Positions 1 through 10,391 of a stretch of DNA of 64,000 bases are shown in pieces. Each line of letters begins with the position of its first letter. Position 1 is the stretch's first letter. The notes beneath the pieces are model-generated. The model was given only the letters and a program-made list of their open reading frames with translations. It had not been told where the DNA came from and did not search any database. Both the position numbers and the translations under genes were made by a program. This stretch comes from Methanomicrobiales archaeon (lineage in GTDB: Archaea > Halobacteriota > Methanomicrobia > Methanomicrobiales > Methanospirillaceae): the NCBI GenBank assembly GCA_037137755.1, contig JBAXJR010000002.1, positions 1 through 64,000 on the forward strand. Direction: 5' to 3'.

Positions 1-441
1 CAGGACAGGTTAGGCATTCAAAATCTAATTTGTTGCTGGTTGTGAGCTATCCTCTTACATTCTATTTGCGCGATTGCACTTTTTTATTAATTTTCGGGAA
101 AATACCTGCATAATACAGTCAGTTCCCCGCCCGGCTGAAGTTTTTTAACCATTTTAGCGATAATTTAACGTTATATTAATAATTAGATCGCGATTTTTTT
201 TAACTAGAATTTATTTTAAGGATCCCATCCTCCCCCGAATCAAACCATTAAAAAAAATCGGTAGTATCTTTAAAATTCGCAGACAGAATTTAGCATCTGG
301 TTAATAGAAAAGTTGTCTTTTTATGAAGCCCGGTCATAGTAGTATAATTAAGTAATCTGGCATTAAACAACGAATAATTCGGGTTTGTTTAACCTTGACA
401 GATGCCGGTATTGATCTGTCAGGGAGTATCTGAACAGGAGA

Positions 442-3159
442 ATGATCATGGTGAATGTTAAACTCGGTATTATTTCCGCAATTGTTGTAGGACTCTGCCT
501 GCTGGTTATGCCGCTTGCGGCGGTCCATATCCCCACGGTAAGCGAAGGGCTTCTTTCAAAGGAGGGGTGTTACGCAGGGGTATACCTCGGTGGGAACGTA
601 GGGACACTGGGCCCGAATGATTTTATGAACAGTAATTCAGATGGCCACCTCTACGAGACGCAGTACCTGGACCATCCTGATTCATACGGTGAAACGGTAC
701 CAGGCGGCCTCGATTCCATTGATACCGGGATTGACTCATTCCGTGCATTGGTGAATGCCGTAAAAAGCGGTTCCGGGGTGAAACAGGTTATTTTTTCACG
801 GTACTACCTGATGAACTTCTACCCCGACAACGATTACGGGAAGAAACCATATACTGCGTCCCCGGGGCTCGATGTATGGGCAGAAAAAGTCATTAAACAG
901 GGTGGCGTTCCCATGATCGCCCTCGCACCCTACAACGGGCATACCCTTTCATTGTCTGATACCTATCCGAATGGAAAAACCGGTAGTCAAATCCTCACCG
1001 ACCTGGCAACAAAATTAAAAGCGGTTTCAGACCGTAACAAGGACTCTTCGGGAAAAGGTGCGACGATTCTCATCTGGCTTGCACCCGAGTTCAATACGCA
1101 CATCGAAGTGAACCCCGAAATAAATGACCATGTTGACAGCCCGGCGAAAAAGGCATTCCGCCAGTGGTTCCGGGATGCATATTCCCTGATTCACCAGAAA
1201 GGTGGGGAAAATATCCAGGTCATCTGGGCAGGAAATGTTGCGCAGACAAAGGACGACCGGAAGGTCTACTGGCCCGGAAATAATAATAACCTTGAACAAC
1301 TCCCTTCAGATTCTGTTGACTGGGTAGGCATGACATGGTATTCCTGGCCGGACGGCCCCAAACAACTTTCTAATCTCAAAGGATTTTACGACTTTTACGC
1401 GAAGGAGAGAAACCATCCGTTTATCTTCACAGAGACGAGCAGCGACGGGCAGGGGGATTCCGCCCAGGAAGAGTCCTTAAAAGTCTCCCATGTAACGGAG
1501 GTCTATAACCCCGCGGTACTCTCGGCAACCTATCCGGATATCAAGGGAATTGTCTGGTTCAACGTGATCAAGAAAGAGGCAAAAAGCGGCAATGACCCGT
1601 CACTGGTCAATAAGAATTTCCTCATCCCCGACGGGCAGTACCAAGATAACGGAAAGCAGACCCCCGGGTTGATCTACTCAGCATCGGACCCATCCAGGCA
1701 GAAGAAGATGCTTCCTGGTTATCCGGAAGCCGTTATGGACCCGTATTTTGTTTCCGTTCTGGCTGCACCCGTAATGACTCCGAGTCCGACTCCGACAACG
1801 GGACCGTATATCCCGCCGTTCCAGGCGGATTTCACCGTCTCACCGGTGACCGGCGTCGCTCCCCTGACCGTAAAATGCACCGATAAGTCCACCGGGAACC
1901 CGGGCATGCGGGTCTATAATTTCGGTGACGAAACAAGTGTTACGGGACCCAATCCGGGCCATACCTACCGGTCCCCTGGCGTTTACACGATTAACCTGAC
2001 CATCACAAAATATAATAAAACAACGAATTCGATCATGAGCAGTGTAGCAACAAAAACGGATGTGATTACGGTGAACCAAGTTCCATCTATGCCACTGGTG
2101 GCGAAATTTACGGCATCCCCCGTCAGTGGCACTGCACCCCTGAAGGTAAAATTCACCGATCAGTCAACAGGGGCACCTACATCCTTACATTATGATTTCG
2201 GTGATGGGACCACGGCAACCGGTAAGAACCCGGTTCACTCCTACCTGGTCCCGGGAGTCTATGATGTTACCCTTACCGTCCTGAAACCGGACCCGGGTAC
2301 CGGAACCGTTGCGAATTCTGTAGCAGTGAAAACTGGCCTGATCGTCGTTAACAGCACCCCTGGTGCACCACTTCCTGCCACAATCAAACAGGTCGATCAC
2401 CTCATGGTCCAGGTACCTGAACCGGAACTGGTCTTTAACCTTTTTAGCGGGGACCTCGGGCTTCCCGTTGCGTGGCCGATGGAAAATTATGGGGAATTCT
2501 CATCTGGCGGAGTAACATTCGGGAACGTGAACATGGAGCTGTTGAACAGCTCCGAAGAAATGAGGCAGCAGGGCCTGATACCGGATGGAAATGGCATTGT
2601 CGGGGTTGCGTTCCAGCCGTCAGGACCTATTGGGTCTACGGTAAAAACCCTCGATGCATACCAGGTCCCCCACGGCCCCATTATCCCCTTTAATGTGACA
2701 GAAAACGGGACGACCTCAACCCTCTGGAATAACCTCGAACTGAGCAGGATGATGCCCGGTTCCATGATTTTTTACTGTGAATATACCTTCAACCAGACCG
2801 GGTTCCGCCAGCGGATGGAGCAGTCGCTGGCCGCTGCGAATGGCGGGGCTCTCGGCATAACCAGGATGAAAGAAATAACGGTTGAATATGCTGACCCGTC
2901 AGTACTTGAAAAATGGCAGAGGTTGCTGCCCGGAGTTCCCGGAAGGACACCCGAATTCCTTGACGGTGGAGATGGAGTCACGGTTCACCTGGTAAAATCA
3001 GGGAGGAACGCAATCTCTTCAATTACGGTCCAGGTGAAATCCCTGGAACGTGCAAAAACGGTCCTTGAAGGAAAGGGGTTACTTGGAGCGGTTTCCGAAG
3101 GGAAGATCTCCATCAATCCCGATACCATTTCAGGCCTGCAGGTGTATGTAACCGAATAG
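442..3159 (+). CDS. Secreted multidomain protein: GH26-like (clan GH-A) glycoside hydrolase domain + 2 PKD domains + C-terminal VOC/glyoxalase-like domain
   Basis: Signal peptide; WLAPEFN, VDWVGMTWY, PFIFTETS and IKGIVWFN resemble GH26 acid/base and nucleophile motifs; two PKD repeats (ADFTVSPVTGVAPLTV..YNFGD; AKFTASPVSGTAPLKV..YDFGDG); DHLMVQV..LGLPVAWP..SGGVTFGNVNMELL is VOC-like. Confidence 0.75.
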   Translation: MIMVNVKLGIISAIVVGLCLLVMPLAAVHIPTVSEGLLSKEGCYAGVYLGGNVGTLGPNDFMNSNSDGHLYETQYLDHPDSYGETVPGGLDSIDTGIDSFRALVNAVKSGSGVKQVIFSRYYLMNFYPDNDYGKKPYTASPGLDVWAEKVIKQGGVPMIALAPYNGHTLSLSDTYPNGKTGSQILTDLATKLKAVSDRNKDSSGKGATILIWLAPEFNTHIEVNPEINDHVDSPAKKAFRQWFRDAYSLIHQKGGENIQVIWAGNVAQTKDDRKVYWPGNNNNLEQLPSDSVDWVGMTWYSWPDGPKQLSNLKGFYDFYAKERNHPFIFTETSSDGQGDSAQEESLKVSHVTEVYNPAVLSATYPDIKGIVWFNVIKKEAKSGNDPSLVNKNFLIPDGQYQDNGKQTPGLIYSASDPSRQKKMLPGYPEAVMDPYFVSVLAAPVMTPSPTPTTGPYIPPFQADFTVSPVTGVAPLTVKCTDKSTGNPGMRVYNFGDETSVTGPNPGHTYRSPGVYTINLTITKYNKTTNSIMSSVATKTDVITVNQVPSMPLVAKFTASPVSGTAPLKVKFTDQSTGAPTSLHYDFGDGTTATGKNPVHSYLVPGVYDVTLTVLKPDPGTGTVANSVAVKTGLIVVNSTPGAPLPATIKQVDHLMVQVPEPELVFNLFSGDLGLPVAWPMENYGEFSSGGVTFGNVNMELLNSSEEMRQQGLIPDGNGIVGVAFQPSGPIGSTVKTLDAYQVPHGPIIPFNVTENGTTSTLWNNLELSRMMPGSMIFYCEYTFNQTGFRQRMEQSLAAANGGALGITRMKEITVEYADPSVLEKWQRLLPGVPGRTPEFLDGGDGVTVHLVKSGRNAISSITVQVKSLERAKTVLEGKGLLGAVSEGKISINPDTISGLQVYVTE

Positions 3160-3556
3160 GCCTTCCTCTGCAGTCTTTTTTTTTGCCGGAGTTATCCCGT
3201 AATTTGCAAGAAAAAGCACCCGGTGGTAAATAGAGGTTACTTTCCTTTTTGACAGGCCTCACAGATAGGCATAGTGTATTGTTGCGCCAAATCCTGGATC
3301 GGATGGACGGCGAGATATGACTTGAGCACGCCAATCCCCTGGTCCATGGTCTCGATCAATGCCGCAGACCAGATATACTGTTTACTGTTGGCAGATCCCC
3401 ATATCAGCGCAGCTGGCTTCCCCTTCGGATGCAGCCATGTAAAAGTCCGGGGTGTCGGTAACCATGGAGCACTCGCAGATGGTGTAAAATGCTTTCAATC
3501 ACGTTTTCGCACCGTAATCAAAACACATAACATGAATCATCGTAATATTACCTGCC

Positions 3557-4663
3557 ATGAAACGCTCCACTCCACTCTTATTATTTGTGCTCCTTGTAAT
3601 CCTCATCCTGTCTGCCGGCTGCACCGAAACCTCACCTGATTCATCGCCTGCTTCCGCCGCTTTGTCCTCTACCGGCACGGGTATCGGCGGTATCAGCGTG
3701 GATGTCAACGCAATGAATTCAATCCTGGCCTCCACGTACCTCCAGATGTCCGACCTCAATATGACATTCATCGATTTCAAAATCACGAACCCCTCGGGCC
3801 GCCCCCAGACGGTAACTGTTGAGTCGGAGATCCCTGGCTATACCGAGAAGGCGATCAACACCGTCGAGGTCCCTGCTCACGGGGATATAACGGTCGGGCA
3901 GACTCCCTCACTCCGTCCCGGCGCAATCCCCTCAGAGATGACAACCGCAACGCTCCACTACAAGGTCGCCCTTGCAGACGGGACTCGCATCGATGAGCAG
4001 ACCTACCCCATCAAAATCTACGCGAAGGACACGATGGTCTGGTCGATCTTTGATGGCGCTGAATGGAATGACATGACACCGTACATCGCTGCGTGGGTGA
4101 CCCCGCATGCAGCAGAGATCGACCCGCTCATGCGTAAGGCTGCCGAGTACACTCCCGCGAAGTCGATCACCGGGTACCAGTGTGGGGATAGTTGCACGGA
4201 TCAACAGTGGGAAGATGACACGAATGCCCAGGTTAAGGCGCTCTTTTCGGCGCTTAAGAACAATTACCAGATCACCTATATCAACTCGCCAATTGCCTAC
4301 GGAAAGGGAAACGACGCCCCCCAACGTGTCCGGCTGCCACAAGATTCCCTGACTTCAAAATCGGCCAACTGTATCGATGGTGCAGTCCTGTATGCATCGG
4401 CCCTTGAATCCATTGACATGAACCCCCATATCATCATTATACCCTCGCACGCGTTCGTCTGCTATAATACGAAGCCCAACTGCCCCGATTGTTTCTCATG
4501 TCTCGAGACCACGATGACTGGTTCGTCGACGTTCGAAGAAGCTGTCGCGACCGGGAATCAGGAGTACCAGACTGAGATCACGAATGGGAATTTCAAGTCG
4601 GGCAATTCAAAGGATCTTTCCATTGCCGATCTCAGAAAGATAGGCCTTCTTCCGATGCAGTGA
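3557..4663 (+). CDS. Lipoprotein with transglutaminase-like/cysteine-protease fold C-terminal domain
   Basis: Lipobox-like LSAGC; QRVRLP..ANCIDGAVLYASALE..SHAFV..CLETT gives a Cys-His-acid triad. Confidence 0.65.
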   Translation: MKRSTPLLLFVLLVILILSAGCTETSPDSSPASAALSSTGTGIGGISVDVNAMNSILASTYLQMSDLNMTFIDFKITNPSGRPQTVTVESEIPGYTEKAINTVEVPAHGDITVGQTPSLRPGAIPSEMTTATLHYKVALADGTRIDEQTYPIKIYAKDTMVWSIFDGAEWNDMTPYIAAWVTPHAAEIDPLMRKAAEYTPAKSITGYQCGDSCTDQQWEDDTNAQVKALFSALKNNYQITYINSPIAYGKGNDAPQRVRLPQDSLTSKSANCIDGAVLYASALESIDMNPHIIIIPSHAFVCYNTKPNCPDCFSCLETTMTGSSTFEEAVATGNQEYQTEITNGNFKSGNSKDLSIADLRKIGLLPMQ

Positions 4664-4931
4664 AACTGGTGACACGGAAAGAAACCGGCGGGACTCCGAC
4701 AGGGGTCCCCTCAAGATGCTTTTTGTCCGCAGGGCTGGAATCCACTCATTTCTCCAGCTGAAAAAGAGCATCACAAAGAGAAAGAGTAGTGGCATCATGC
4801 AAGGACTACACTTCTCACCCTTATTGATTCGCAAAAAACCCTGTACCCAGGCCTCTGGTGTATCCTGTTTGGTATCACCGGGCTTCTCATCTGGAAATTG
4901 TAAACTGGTATCCGTCTATACCGATCATGCC

Positions 4932-5051
4932 CTGATATACTATTCCTGACCTAGATGCTAACTTGTCTCCTGTTGAAAAGTCTCTGACATCCCCAACCTC
5001 TGCGAGGAGAGTTATGGCAATAATCTCTCCAACACCAGGAACTGATCTGAG
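4932..5051 (-). mobile_element. IS110-family transposase fragment (remnant)
   Basis: Minus strand translates as LRSVPGVGEIIAITLLAEVGDVRDFSTGDKLASRSGIVYQ, matching the IS110 C-terminal (Transposase_20) signature; no start or full ORF. Confidence 0.8.
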
Positions 5052-5180
5052 TCATGTCGAACCCTATGGGTAGTGCCTGTTACTGCCCATCATCGTTTTT
5101 TAACAAAATCAATTTCCCTTCTATTTCCAGCGATTTCAAACCAGAAAGGATTTAATATCTTTTATCTTACCCGTTTTATC

Positions 5181-5936
5181 ATGGATATAACGCTTATCTC
5201 TTCAATGTTTGAAGAATTACCGAGGCAGGGTCCGGGATCTGATGAATCAACCGCTCATGCCTGTTCACTCATCCCCCAGGTTCCCGAAGGGGGGCATATA
5301 CTCGATATCGGGTGTGGATCAGGTATGCAGACCCTTACCCTTGCAAGGCTCTGTCCCGATTGCAGGATTACTGCTATCGATCTTCATCAACCATTTCTCG
5401 ATGATCTCAATCTTCGGGCAAAAAAAGCAGGGCTTGATGGCAGCATTGAAACTCAACGTGCATCATTGGACAATCTGTCGTTTAAGGAGGCCTCATTTGA
5501 TCTTATCTGGTCAGAAGGATCTGCATTCATAATGGGTTTATTGCCTGCACTCCATTATTGGAATCATTTTTTGAAGTCTGGTGGATATCTGGTCGTCTCG
5601 GATTGTACCTGGTTCACTGATTCACCCTCTGATGAATGCAGGGATTTTCTGGATGGATCATGCCCTGATATGAAGTCTGAATCTGATACCAAAGACCTGA
5701 TCCGGGCTGAAGGGTATATGGTTATCGGGTCTTTCCGGCTTCCTGATGCAGGCTGGTGGGACCATTATTATTCTCCCTTATCAGCGAGAATTCCCCTGTT
5801 GAGAGAAAAACATGCGAATAATGCTGATGCACAGAAGATTATCCAGGAATTAGAGAAAGAGATGGAGCTTCATCGCAACTATTCGAAGGAATATGGGTAT
5901 ACTTTTTTTGTGCTGAAAAACAGTAAGAGCGATTAA
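5181..5936 (+). CDS. Class I SAM-dependent methyltransferase
   Basis: LPRQGPGS, ILDIGCGSG, FDLIWSEGS, YGYTFFV; probable start at MDITL. Confidence 0.9.
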   Translation: MDITLISSMFEELPRQGPGSDESTAHACSLIPQVPEGGHILDIGCGSGMQTLTLARLCPDCRITAIDLHQPFLDDLNLRAKKAGLDGSIETQRASLDNLSFKEASFDLIWSEGSAFIMGLLPALHYWNHFLKSGGYLVVSDCTWFTDSPSDECRDFLDGSCPDMKSESDTKDLIRAEGYMVIGSFRLPDAGWWDHYYSPLSARIPLLREKHANNADAQKIIQELEKEMELHRNYSKEYGYTFFVLKNSKSD

Positions 5937-6216
5937 ACCGGAAGGTTGCGATAGAAATATTTTTTTTTTAAAATAATCCCGATTTCTATTCAATAAATCT
6001 CATTTTGCCTTTATTTCTTAACATGGCCAAAAGATATTGGAAATCCTACTCCATGAGTGACTACTAATAGTGATTAAGCCTTCTGGGAAACAATGGGTAT
6101 CAAAATTTCTGACAAAGCTGGATAAATCAATACCAGTAGTCACGGAACTTAAATTGGTCATCGGAAGAATCCTTTTTTTCTGTATGTGAACTACGTTATT
6201 ACAACTTATAGATATA

Positions 6217-6235
6217 AAATAACCAATGGTTATTT
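6217..6235. promoter_or_regulatory. Palindromic operator, likely for the downstream TetR
   Basis: AAATAACC-AAT-GGTTATTT perfect inverted repeat next to a TATA-like TTATAGATATA upstream of the EFR1-TetR pair. Confidence 0.6.
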
Positions 6236-6308
6236 AATAGTTTAGGGAAATAACTTTGTAGTGAAACTGCATCCGGGCAGAATCAAGGTGATTAATGGAG
6301 GAAATCAA

Positions 6309-7136
6309 ATGAAAATACCACCACTGAAACTGGTTTATTTTTCACCAACAGGGACGACAAAAGCGGTTGTCCAGGCTATTGCAGATGGAATACATCAGAG
6401 CAACGTGGAAGTACTGGATATTACCCGGCCGGACAAGAGAAAGCAACCATTGCAGACCTCGGAAAACGAATTGCTTGTTATTGGTGTGCCGGTGTACATG
6501 GGAAGGGTACCGGCCCTTTTAACTGGATGGCTGCATGCGATCAAAGGCCATAACACGCCTGCGGTATGTGTCGTTGTCTATGGCAATCGTGTGTATGACG
6601 ATGCCCTGCTCGAGCTGAATGATATTATGACTCAATGTGGATGTAAACCGATTGCTGGTGCTGCGTTCATTGGGGAACACTCCTTTTCCAATGCCGAAAC
6701 ACCAACCGCCGAGGGTCGTCCGGATGGAAGTGACTTAAACCTGGCAGAATCACTTGGGCGAAAAATACAGGGAAAATTCCACTCTGTACTATCAGTTGAC
6801 CAGATTTCTGAAGTCACAATCCCCGGCTGCCATCCGTACCGGGGAGAGCCGTGTCATCCTTACCGGAGAGATTCGAGTCTGTGGAATGTTGATTTTATTG
6901 CGGTCAGCGATGCATGTATCCAGTGTGGTGCCTGCGCAGAAGGGTGTCCTGTGGGAGCTATCGATCCGGAAAACAGCAGAATTATCGATAAGGAACAATG
7001 CATCACCTGTTGTGCCTGCATCAAACACTGCCCAAAAAAAGCCAGAGCCATGAAACCCGGAGTTGTAAAAGACGCTTCAATACGTCTCAATTCATTATAC
7101 AGAGAGCGGAAAGAACCTGAATTCTTTATTGGTTAG
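6309..7136 (+). CDS. EFR1-family flavodoxin-ferredoxin fusion
   Basis: YFSPTGTT, GVPVY, VYGNR..DDALLEL; CIQCGACAEGCP and CITCCACIKHCP 4Fe-4S motifs. Confidence 0.9.
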   Translation: MKIPPLKLVYFSPTGTTKAVVQAIADGIHQSNVEVLDITRPDKRKQPLQTSENELLVIGVPVYMGRVPALLTGWLHAIKGHNTPAVCVVVYGNRVYDDALLELNDIMTQCGCKPIAGAAFIGEHSFSNAETPTAEGRPDGSDLNLAESLGRKIQGKFHSVLSVDQISEVTIPGCHPYRGEPCHPYRRDSSLWNVDFIAVSDACIQCGACAEGCPVGAIDPENSRIIDKEQCITCCACIKHCPKKARAMKPGVVKDASIRLNSLYRERKEPEFFIG

Positions 7137-7149
7137 CCGGAGTGTAAGA

Positions 7150-7866
7150 ATGGGAATAGCAGACAGGAGACAACGGGAAAAGGAAATGCGGAGAATTGCA
7201 ATCCTCGATGCAGCCGAGCGGCTCTTCTTCTCCCGGGGGTACGAGGATGTCTCCATGGACGAGATTGCCCGCGAGGTCGAGCTGAACAAGGCCACCATCT
7301 ATCTTTATGTTAAAAATAAGGAGACACTCTTCGCGACCATAGTGCTCCGGGGGGTCCGGATCCTGGCGGAAAAATACATGGGATGCATGGAGAAACAGGT
7401 CCCGGGCATTGTCAAGGTAGCCATGATGGGCCAGGCATATTACCGGTTTTCGCAGGAGTACCCGGATTATCAGCGAATGATCCAGTTTTATGGGTCTGAA
7501 CGTTTTTCCAAAGAGAACCCGTGTACCGCGGAGATCGGAAACGGGTATGGCACGTGCCGGATGATCCTGCGGGATGCAGTGAAGGAGGGTATCGATGACG
7601 GCACGATCCGGGCTGACCTCGATCCGTTCCTGACCTCGATGTACCTGATGATCTCCTTCATGGGTATCCTGTCCATGGAAGACAAGTGGAAACGGGTGAT
7701 CGGGGCGGAGGGGTACAGCTACGAGCATTTCGCCCGGGAATTCTTCCGGTTCATCATTCCTGCGGTTTCTTCGGGAGAGAAGCCACACCTAATGAATGGT
7801 AAGGATTTTGAATCATTTGGTTTCTTTTTAACCGGGCCTGTGGTGCCTGAAAAGGGAAAAAGGTGA
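7150..7866 (+). CDS. TetR/AcrR family transcriptional regulator
   Basis: ILDAAERLFFSRGYEDVSMDEIAREVELNKATIYLY helix-turn-helix. Confidence 0.93.
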   Translation: MGIADRRQREKEMRRIAILDAAERLFFSRGYEDVSMDEIAREVELNKATIYLYVKNKETLFATIVLRGVRILAEKYMGCMEKQVPGIVKVAMMGQAYYRFSQEYPDYQRMIQFYGSERFSKENPCTAEIGNGYGTCRMILRDAVKEGIDDGTIRADLDPFLTSMYLMISFMGILSMEDKWKRVIGAEGYSYEHFAREFFRFIIPAVSSGEKPHLMNGKDFESFGFFLTGPVVPEKGKR

Positions 7867-8047
7867 AATAACGGGTCTGTTGAAATCTTCATTCCATAGA
7901 TATAATTTTTTTTGTTCATCCGGATAAATACCCCTCAAAAATCGAATGAACTGTGGATAATAATCATACATCTGAAAAGCTATCGGGACCAGCTACTACG
8001 AACTCATGCAAGAAACTAAAACAAAATACCGTATTGGAAGGAACGAC

Positions 8048-8305
8048 ATGACAAAAGTTGTCGCAATTAACCGAAGTCCCCGCAAAGACGGGAACGTGTC
8101 CATTCTTATCGGGTATATCTTCAAAGAGCTTGAAGAAGAGGGAGCAGAAACTGAACTGGTCCAGGTCGGCAGGAAGGAGATCCGGGTTGGTCCGTTCTTG
8201 GTGTGGGAAGTGAGATCAGGGACGTCAACAAGGACGCAGAAGGGTTTCACATGCACGCGGACGCCGGGAAGAACATGGCATGGCTCCTGAAGACGATGGA
8301 GTGGG
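8048..8305 (+). pseudogene. Internally deleted iron-sulfur flavoprotein / NADPH-dependent FMN reductase family gene
   Basis: N-terminus MTKVVAINRSPRKDGNVSILI..ETELVQVG joined, in another frame, to the C-terminal DVNKDAEG..GKNMAWLLK; the Cys-rich middle is missing. Confidence 0.75.
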
Positions 8306-8347
8306 CAGGGAGTCCTGAAAAAAATCGTGGTGGGGAGAGAGAGAGCA

Positions 8348-9112
8348 ATGGTAAATGTAGTAGTCTCCGGTGCATCAGGCAGAATGGGGCAGATAGTGGG
8401 AAAGATGGTTACCGAATCCATCGGTCTTGAACTGGTCGGGGGGATCAGCTCCAGGCCTGGTTCGTTTTTTGGCGTTGAGATCGTCGGGACAGAATATGCC
8501 GGGGCCTTCCTGAAGAGTTCAGGTGCCGATGTGCTGATCGACTTCACCAACGCCAGGGCTGCTGTCGCGAATGTGAAGATGGCGGCCCAAGGGAATGTCT
8601 CCCTGGTTGTCGGTACGACAGGTTTTTCTCCTGACCAGCATGCCGAGATGGAGGAGGCAATCCAGGGATCTGTCCCGGCAGTTATTTCGAGTAACTTTTC
8701 AGTCGGCATGAATATCTTCTGGCAGCTCGTCCGGGAATCGGCGAGGCACCTCATGGACTATGACATCGAGCTCACCGAAGCCCACCACCGGAACAAAAAG
8801 GATGCCCCGAGTGGTACGGCAAAGACAATCCTGCAGATCCTTGATGAGGAATGCGGGCACCGCAAAAAGATATACTGCCGCGAAGGGGTAACCGAAAGAG
8901 AGGACGAGATCGGCGTCCATGTCATCCGAGGCGGGGATATTGTCGGGGATCACACGGTGATGTTCTCGAAGAATTTCGAGATGGTCGAACTTTCTCACCG
9001 GGCATATGACCGTTCCGTCCTGGCCAGCGGTGCACTCCGGGCTGCCCGCTGGGTCGTAGGGAAGGAATCTGGAATTTATGATATGAGCGACGTTCTCGGC
9101 CTGGGAGAATAA
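8348..9112 (+). CDS. dapB: 4-hydroxy-tetrahydrodipicolinate reductase
   Basis: GASGRMG, IDFT, GTTG, EAHHRNKKDAPSGTA, GGDIVGDHTV. Confidence 0.93.
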   Translation: MVNVVVSGASGRMGQIVGKMVTESIGLELVGGISSRPGSFFGVEIVGTEYAGAFLKSSGADVLIDFTNARAAVANVKMAAQGNVSLVVGTTGFSPDQHAEMEEAIQGSVPAVISSNFSVGMNIFWQLVRESARHLMDYDIELTEAHHRNKKDAPSGTAKTILQILDEECGHRKKIYCREGVTEREDEIGVHVIRGGDIVGDHTVMFSKNFEMVELSHRAYDRSVLASGALRAARWVVGKESGIYDMSDVLGLGE

Positions 9113-9635
9113 TTTTTTTGTTTACGAAATCACCAAATAGCAGGGATTGCGTCGTCAATATCTGCGAGATAGAGTTTCACATCCCGCTTAGATATAGATG
9201 ACCTCGGAAAGCACATCCTTCGGGATACCTGGTTTTTATGAATCTGACGTTACCAGATCTACATGGTTACCTAGTCTCCCGGAATGGAATTTTATGAGAC
9301 GCGTAACGTGGACAACGCCACCGGTTTTGAGTGCTCCAACAGGTCCGGAATACCGGCACCGGCATGCTGAACATGATCTGCCATGGTCCCGTTGTTTCCG
9401 GGAAAGACCGGGAAAAAAACCACGCCGTGTTAGTGGGCAATCTATGAGGAGGAGGATCCGGCCAGCTACGCAGGGAGTGCTGGCGCGACGAGGGAAGCTA
9501 CAACCCCTTACTCGAAAGAAGGAGACGCTGATGAAAACGATTTCAACGGATCAAAAAAATCAGAAAATCAGCTGATGGTAAGGGGATATAAATCTGCCTG
9601 CAATCACTACAATTCATGGTATCGGGGAGTGAAAA

Positions 9636-10181
9636 ATGGAAAAGAATGGAACTTATACCGGTAATCCGCAGGTATTAACATCTCTCATTGTTGTTTTATC
9701 CTACCATCACGGGAATACGGAGAAGATCGCAAAAGCCTGTGCAGACGTGCTTGATGCAAAGGTAACAACACCGCAGCAGGTTAAGCCTGAAGAGATAAAG
9801 GAGTACGACCTGGTGGGCTTTGGCTCGGGGATCTACAACGCAACATTCGATGCATCCGTCCTTGACCTTGCCGACAGGCTGCCAAAGGCGGGTACTACGA
9901 AGGTCTTCCTCTTCTCAACCTATGGGGCTCCGGCCGCTTTTGTGGGCAGGGAATTTGTTGAGAAGAACCATGCCCAGATCCGTGAAAAACTGCAGGCAGC
10001 AGGGTACGAGGTTATCGGCGAATTCGGGTGTGCGGGGTGGAACACGAACAGTTTCCTGATCTATTTCGGGGGCCTCAATAAAGGCAGGCCAGATGCCGAA
10101 GACCTGAAGAATGCGGGAATCTTTGCCCGGGATATGAAGGAAAAAGCCCGGGGATTAAGGGCGAATCACAGGCTGACATGA
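9636..10181 (+). CDS. Flavodoxin family protein
   Basis: SYHHGNTEKIA, GFGSGIY, FLFSTYG, GGLNKGRP. Confidence 0.88.
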   Translation: MEKNGTYTGNPQVLTSLIVVLSYHHGNTEKIAKACADVLDAKVTTPQQVKPEEIKEYDLVGFGSGIYNATFDASVLDLADRLPKAGTTKVFLFSTYGAPAAFVGREFVEKNHAQIREKLQAAGYEVIGEFGCAGWNTNSFLIYFGGLNKGRPDAEDLKNAGIFARDMKEKARGLRANHRLT

Positions 10182-10391
10182 TAACGAAACAAGGGTAAAC
10201 CGGGATAAAAATGACCGGTAAACGGAGAGGTGCGTCGTATCGGTACATTAGAAAAAGAGTTCTGGCAGCGACCAGGTGAAACGCTCATTTGAATTCTTAT
10301 CTCTGTTCTGATCCCGCTTTAGCTTTCGTTTCCTGGTGATACGTTTCAGGAGCTGGTCTGTCCGACCCGTTTCGTCATATTTTTACCGCAG

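Noticed and set aside
1-440. AT-rich stretch as a possible replication origin
   Set aside because: No ORB-like repeats and no cdc6/orc1 in view; consistent with a promoter region.
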